Of a stretch of 64,000 nt of DNA, positions 62,253 through 64,000 are shown one piece after another. The DNA comes from an uncultured Acidobacteriota bacterium (GTDB taxonomy: Bacteria > Acidobacteriota > Vicinamibacteria > Vicinamibacterales > CAVVIG01). The position numbers and the translations under genes were made by a program. The notes below the pieces were generated by a model. That model searched no databases, was not told the DNA's origin, and saw only the letters and a list, made by a program, of their open reading frames with translations. Where the stretch lies: positions 102,004 to 166,003 of the forward strand of contig CAWBJQ010000003.1 in the NCBI GenBank assembly GCA_963789075.1, written 5' to 3'. How positions within the stretch are numbered: the stretch's first letter is position 1; each line of letters starts with the position of its first letter.

Positions 62253-64000
62253 TCAGTCATGGCCAACACCACCGTACGCGCAGCCTTGGCCAACACGATC
62301 AGCTTCAGCCAACGCTACATCAGATTTGCTTCCCTGGCGGACATAGCGCCCGAGCGCTGCCAGCGGAAACGCATGCCGGTACAAGTGGTACTTCAAGTAG
62401 AACACTCGTGGAAACCCCGTCCCCGTCGTCGCCGTCTCATCCCACGATCCCGACGAGTTCTGCGAATCCAGCAGATACTCGAGGGCCAACTCGACGGCCG
62501 GGTCGTCTTCGGGCGCACGGTCGCCGAGCAACCCGATGAGAGCCCAGGCGGTCTGTGACGGCGTGCTCGGTCCCTGGCCCTTCTGCGCTGGATCGTCGTA
62601 CGACGCGCAGGTCTCGCCGAAGCCACCGTCGACGTTCTGCACGGACCGCAACCACGACGCGCCGCGCTGGACCCAGTGCATCGTCGCCATGTCGAGCACT
62701 TGGGCCGCTCGAAGCACAAAGCCCGTCCCGTAGAGATAGTTCACCCCCCATCGTCCGTACCAAGAGCCGTCGGCTTCCTGTTCGCGCTGGAGATACGCCA
62801 CTCCACGCGCGACCGCTGGATCGCTGCCACGGCCGAAGGTGGCGAGGCATTCGAGAACGCGGGCGGTGACGTCCACCGTCGACGGGTCGATCATGGCGTT
62901 GTGGTCCGCGAACGGCACGTGCGTCAGGATGGCCGTGTCGTTGTTCCGATCGAACGCCCCCCATCCGCCATCGTCGTTCTGCATGCTGACCATCCAGGTC
63001 AACCCGCGCTCGAGCGCGGCATGCGCGCGAATCGGGTCCGGGTGGTTGACGCTGAGGAGCGCCATCAGCACGAACGCCGTATCGTCTACGTCCGGATAGA
63101 AGTCGTTGCGAAATTCGAATGCCCAGCCGCCCGGCGCGGTGGCCGGATTGCGAATCTGCCAGTCGCCGGGAGCGATGATCTGGCGATCGAGCAGCCAGTC
63201 CGCCGCTTTCACCAGCGCGGGATGCTCCGCTGGCAGGCCCGCTTCGGTGAGGGCGGTGATCGCAATGGCCGTGTCCCACACGGGCGACACACATGGCTGC
63301 ACGCGAATCGTTTCGTGGTCTTCGATCTCCAGCTTCTGCAGCGCATCGATCTGGCTGGCAAGCGGCGGATCGTCGGGCGCGTAGCCGAGCGCGAGCAGCG
63401 CGAACGCCGCGTTCATGATCGCGGGATAGATAGCCCCGAGACCATCGCTTTGCTCCAGGTGGTGAAGCAACCAGCGACGCGCACCGTCCAATGCCACGCC
63501 GCGAAGCGGCTTCCACGGCAGCCGCTCATAGATTTTAGCGACGCCATCCAGCGCGAGAAAGACGTTTCGCCAACTGGCGAGCCGGGAATCCCAGGCAAAG
63601 CTCGCGTACCGGTCGGCCGGGTCCAGGAACAGCTCGTCCACGCGCGGTGCGACGCGCCAGCACGGCTTGACGGCGTAGAGGATCGTCAGCGGCACGACGA
63701 TGGCGCGCGTCCACGACGACATGCGGTAGATGCTCAGCGGCAGCCAGTCGGGAAGCGTCACCAGCTCGGGCGGAACCGCAGGCACCATGTCCCACTCGAG
63801 GGCACCGACCAGGACGAGATAGAAGCGAGTGAAGGAATTCGTGCGTTCGATGCCACCCAGCTCGTGAATGCGCCGGCGAGCCTTGGCCAGGCAGGGCGCA
63901 TCGATCGAATCTCCCGCGAGCTTGAGGGCCACGTACGCCTTGACGGTCGCATTCAGCTCCGAGGGTCCGCCCTCGTAAATGCTCCAACCGCCGTCGGCAA
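62253..64000 (-). CDS. shc: Squalene--hopene cyclase (5' end outside window)
   Basis: YPDVDDTA (DxDD), QW repeats (QNDDGGWGAFD, QEADGSWYGRWG), TGTGFPRVFYLKY. Confidence 0.98.
   Translation of the reverse strand, partial: ADGGWSIYEGGPSELNATVKAYVALKLAGDSIDAPCLAKARRRIHELGGIERTNSFTRFYLVLVGALEWDMVPAVPPELVTLPDWLPLSIYRMSSWTRAIVVPLTILYAVKPCWRVAPRVDELFLDPADRYASFAWDSRLASWRNVFLALDGVAKIYERLPWKPLRGVALDGARRWLLHHLEQSDGLGAIYPAIMNAAFALLALGYAPDDPPLASQIDALQKLEIEDHETIRVQPCVSPVWDTAIAITALTEAGLPAEHPALVKAADWLLDRQIIAPGDWQIRNPATAPGGWAFEFRNDFYPDVDDTAFVLMALLSVNHPDPIRAHAALERGLTWMVSMQNDDGGWGAFDRNNDTAILTHVPFADHNAMIDPSTVDVTARVLECLATFGRGSDPAVARGVAYLQREQEADGSWYGRWGVNYLYGTGFVLRAAQVLDMATMHWVQRGASWLRSVQNVDGGFGETCASYDDPAQKGQGPSTPSQTAWALIGLLGDRAPEDDPAVELALEYLLDSQNSSGSWDETATTGTGFPRVFYLKYHLYRHAFPLAALGRYVRQGSKSDVALAEADRVGQGCAYGGVGHD

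Overview
High-GC bacterial chromosome segment spanning the replication origin. It is most likely from Acidobacteriota, probably Vicinamibacteria-like (inferred from gene content and the DnaA 'KHHSTV' motif). About 25-30 single-base frameshifts, some in essential genes (gyrA, serS, glmS), point to an error-prone long-read assembly. Layout: (1) 1-25 kb core genes: mnmE-jag-yidC-yidD-rnpA-rpmH <- oriC/dnaA/oriC-dnaN-gyrB-gyrA, pcrA, glmS-glmU, rsmI, galU, serS. (2) 25-30 kb: a Ser/Thr kinase plus STAS / FHA-GAF-PP2C / RsbW partner-switching module. (3) 30-40 kb: DUF885 proteins with APC and peptide-ABC transport and a Gfo/Idh/MocA oxidoreductase. (4) 40-50 kb: accessory genes, including a ~470-nt highly base-paired non-coding element and three sigma54-type promoters before secreted proteins. 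(5) 50-64 kb: a hopanoid cluster (shc, hpnH, hpnA, hpnJ, hpnI, hpnG-like) with unexpected members: a tandem YjbQ/UPF0047-like protein, two small EamA/SMR proteins, a MacB-like permease, TolC, a membrane-fusion protein and a NodB-type deacetylase where hpnK would be expected. Two REP-like palindrome families recur through the window. They nest inside one another and sit in frame inside mnmE and gyrA. No rRNA, tRNA, CRISPR array or transposase was seen.
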